A DNA stretch of 63,279 bases, the filler included, from Octopus bimaculoides (lineage: Eukaryota), in assembly GCF_001194135.2 (NCBI RefSeq). It is 6 parts of 6 records of this genome, joined end to end, with 100 filler letters (N's around TTAATTAATTAA, not from the genome) between each part and the next. Parts side by side here need not be neighbours in the genome. Positions count along the whole stretch, not along the records: positions 61,319 to 63,279 come from NW_026316251.1; 5 more parts are not named here. One strand, 5' to 3'. Positions 61,776-63,279 of the stretch are shown here, in pieces; positions within the stretch are counted from its first letter, which is position 1; each line of letters begins with the position of its first letter. Position numbers and translations under genes: made by a program. Under the pieces are notes generated by a model that worked only from the letters and a program-made list of their open reading frames with translations, was not told the DNA's origin and made no database searches.

Positions 61776-63279
61776 CTATACGNNNNNNNNNNNNNNNNNN
61801 NNNNNNNNNNNNNNNNNNNNNNNNNNNNNNNNNNNNNNNNNNNNNNNNNNNNNNNNNNNNNNNNNNNNNNNNNNNNNNNNNNNNNNNNNNNNNNNNNNNN
61901 NNNNNNNNNNNNNNNNNNNNNNNNNNNNNNNNNNNNNNNNNNNNNNNNNNNNNNNNNNATACTCGCCTTGCACCCTGCCAACCGAATTTTCTGGTTTTGT
62001 GCCAAAATTTGGATCTAATATTCAATATGCTACGAAAGTGAGAGCGTGATTAACTGTTTCGCTCCGAAGATTCTACAGGTTCAAGACCATATTAGTAGAC
62101 TTCAGCTACCCAAGAAATAGACGTTCTCAACGAAGGACTACTGCGCACACTCGAAAGACGCTGCTGTTGTTCAGCTAATCAAGGTTTTCATCCTACTATG
62201 TTATTCATCCGAGACTTCAAGAGAAAAGCAATTTACTAAATTGTTTTTTCGGAGATCGAAGTAGTTTCCCGTTTTTCGCTACATTCTCTGTACATTTAAA
62301 TGAAAGCAGTTTTAATTCTCGATTATTGATTGTGGGGTCAATGGCAACGATTTTTATATAAGAAAGGCCTCACTGCATCGATTAAATCATGCCCTAANNN
62401 NNNNNNNNNNNNNNNNNNNNNNNNNNNNNNNNNNNNNNNNNNNNNNNNNNNNNNNNNNNNNNNNNNNNNNNNNNNNNNNNNNNNNNNNNNNNNNNNNNNN
62501 NNNNNNNNNNNNNNNNNNNNNNNNNNNNNNNNNNNNNNNNNNNNNNNNNNNNNNNNNNNNNNNNNNNNNNNNNNNNNNNNNNNNNNNNNNNNNNNNNNNN
62601 NNNNNNNNNNNNNNNNNNNNNNNNNNNNNNNNNNNNNNNNNNNNNNNNNNNNNNNNNNNNNNNNNNNNNNNNNNNNNNNNNNNNNNNNNNNNNNNNNNNN
62701 NNNNNNNNNNNNNNNNNNNNNNNNNNNNNNNNNNNNNNNNNNNNNNNNNNNNNNNNNNNNNNNNNNNNNNNNNNNNNNNNNNNNNNNNNNNNNNNNNNNN
62801 NNNNNNNNNNNNNNAGGTAAGTGTCGAGGAAGATAGAAGAAACTCAAAGAAAGATGGAAGAAAAGTGTAAATAAACCTCTAAGTAAAAGGCATAGAATGT
62901 CACATGAGAAATGGAGGGGGATGTAAGATGGAAATTAGAAACAAAAGANNNNNNNNNNTACATAATGAAGCATAATGTTATATAGTACAAAAGGATTGGT
63001 GAAGGGATAGTGAATCGGGAGAAATTGAGGGTTGTGCTAAATAGGATTATTATCAAATGACAACTATGTGATGTAATAGCTATAAAGAAACTGAATTCTC
63101 AAGAGGTTATTTAGTAGTGGNNNNNNNNNNTTAGTAGTGGTTTTAGGAGCGTCTAGGAGGAAATAAGATTGGGAATAGAACCTATACGGTGTCTGATCGA
63201 AAGGTATAGGTTATTTGTTTTTTATGCGGCCTTCTAAAGCCTAGCCAGGCTCATGGGCCCGGTTTCCCGGTTTCTATGG

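Noticed and set aside
63111-63140. TTAGTAGTGG repeated on both sides of a 10-N gap
   Set aside because: Typical overlapping-contig artifact, not a TSD.
1-63279. CRISPR arrays, operons, rRNA, telomeric arrays, organellar insertions
   Set aside because: No regularly spaced repeat-spacer array, prokaryotic gene density, rRNA motif, (TTAGGG)n run or mitochondrial gene motif was seen.

Overview
This is AT-rich eukaryotic nuclear DNA, dense in microsatellites and decayed transposable elements, with many N gaps. The SINE families and repeat landscape look like an Octopus genome; that is inference from recognition, not a database result. Five identical 100-bp spacers (44 N + TTAATTAATTAA + 44 N) show the window is six joined scaffold pieces: 1-11688, 11789-25120, 25221-42665, 42766-58952, 59053-61218 and 61319-63279. 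No complete host gene, RNA gene or CRISPR array is supported, and most tracked ORFs are microsatellite or N-gap read-through. The recognisable coding remnants are all mobile elements: two Penelope-like retroelements of different lineages, RTE LINEs, an RLE-type (R4/NeSL-like) LINE, a Tx1/L1-like fragment, and mariner, maT-like and Tigger transposons. Non-coding elements include several MITEs and three SINE families. The most notable structures are: (1) a Penelope-like element split into head-to-head halves, with an in-frame poly-Asn linker (48350-50945); (2) a foldback-like element with modular 15-bp-repeat arms (42837-43340); (3) a decayed minimal hammerhead-like motif and a perfect 20-bp hairpin 3' of the first Penelope element, just upstream of a possible host first coding exon (3142-3338, minus strand).
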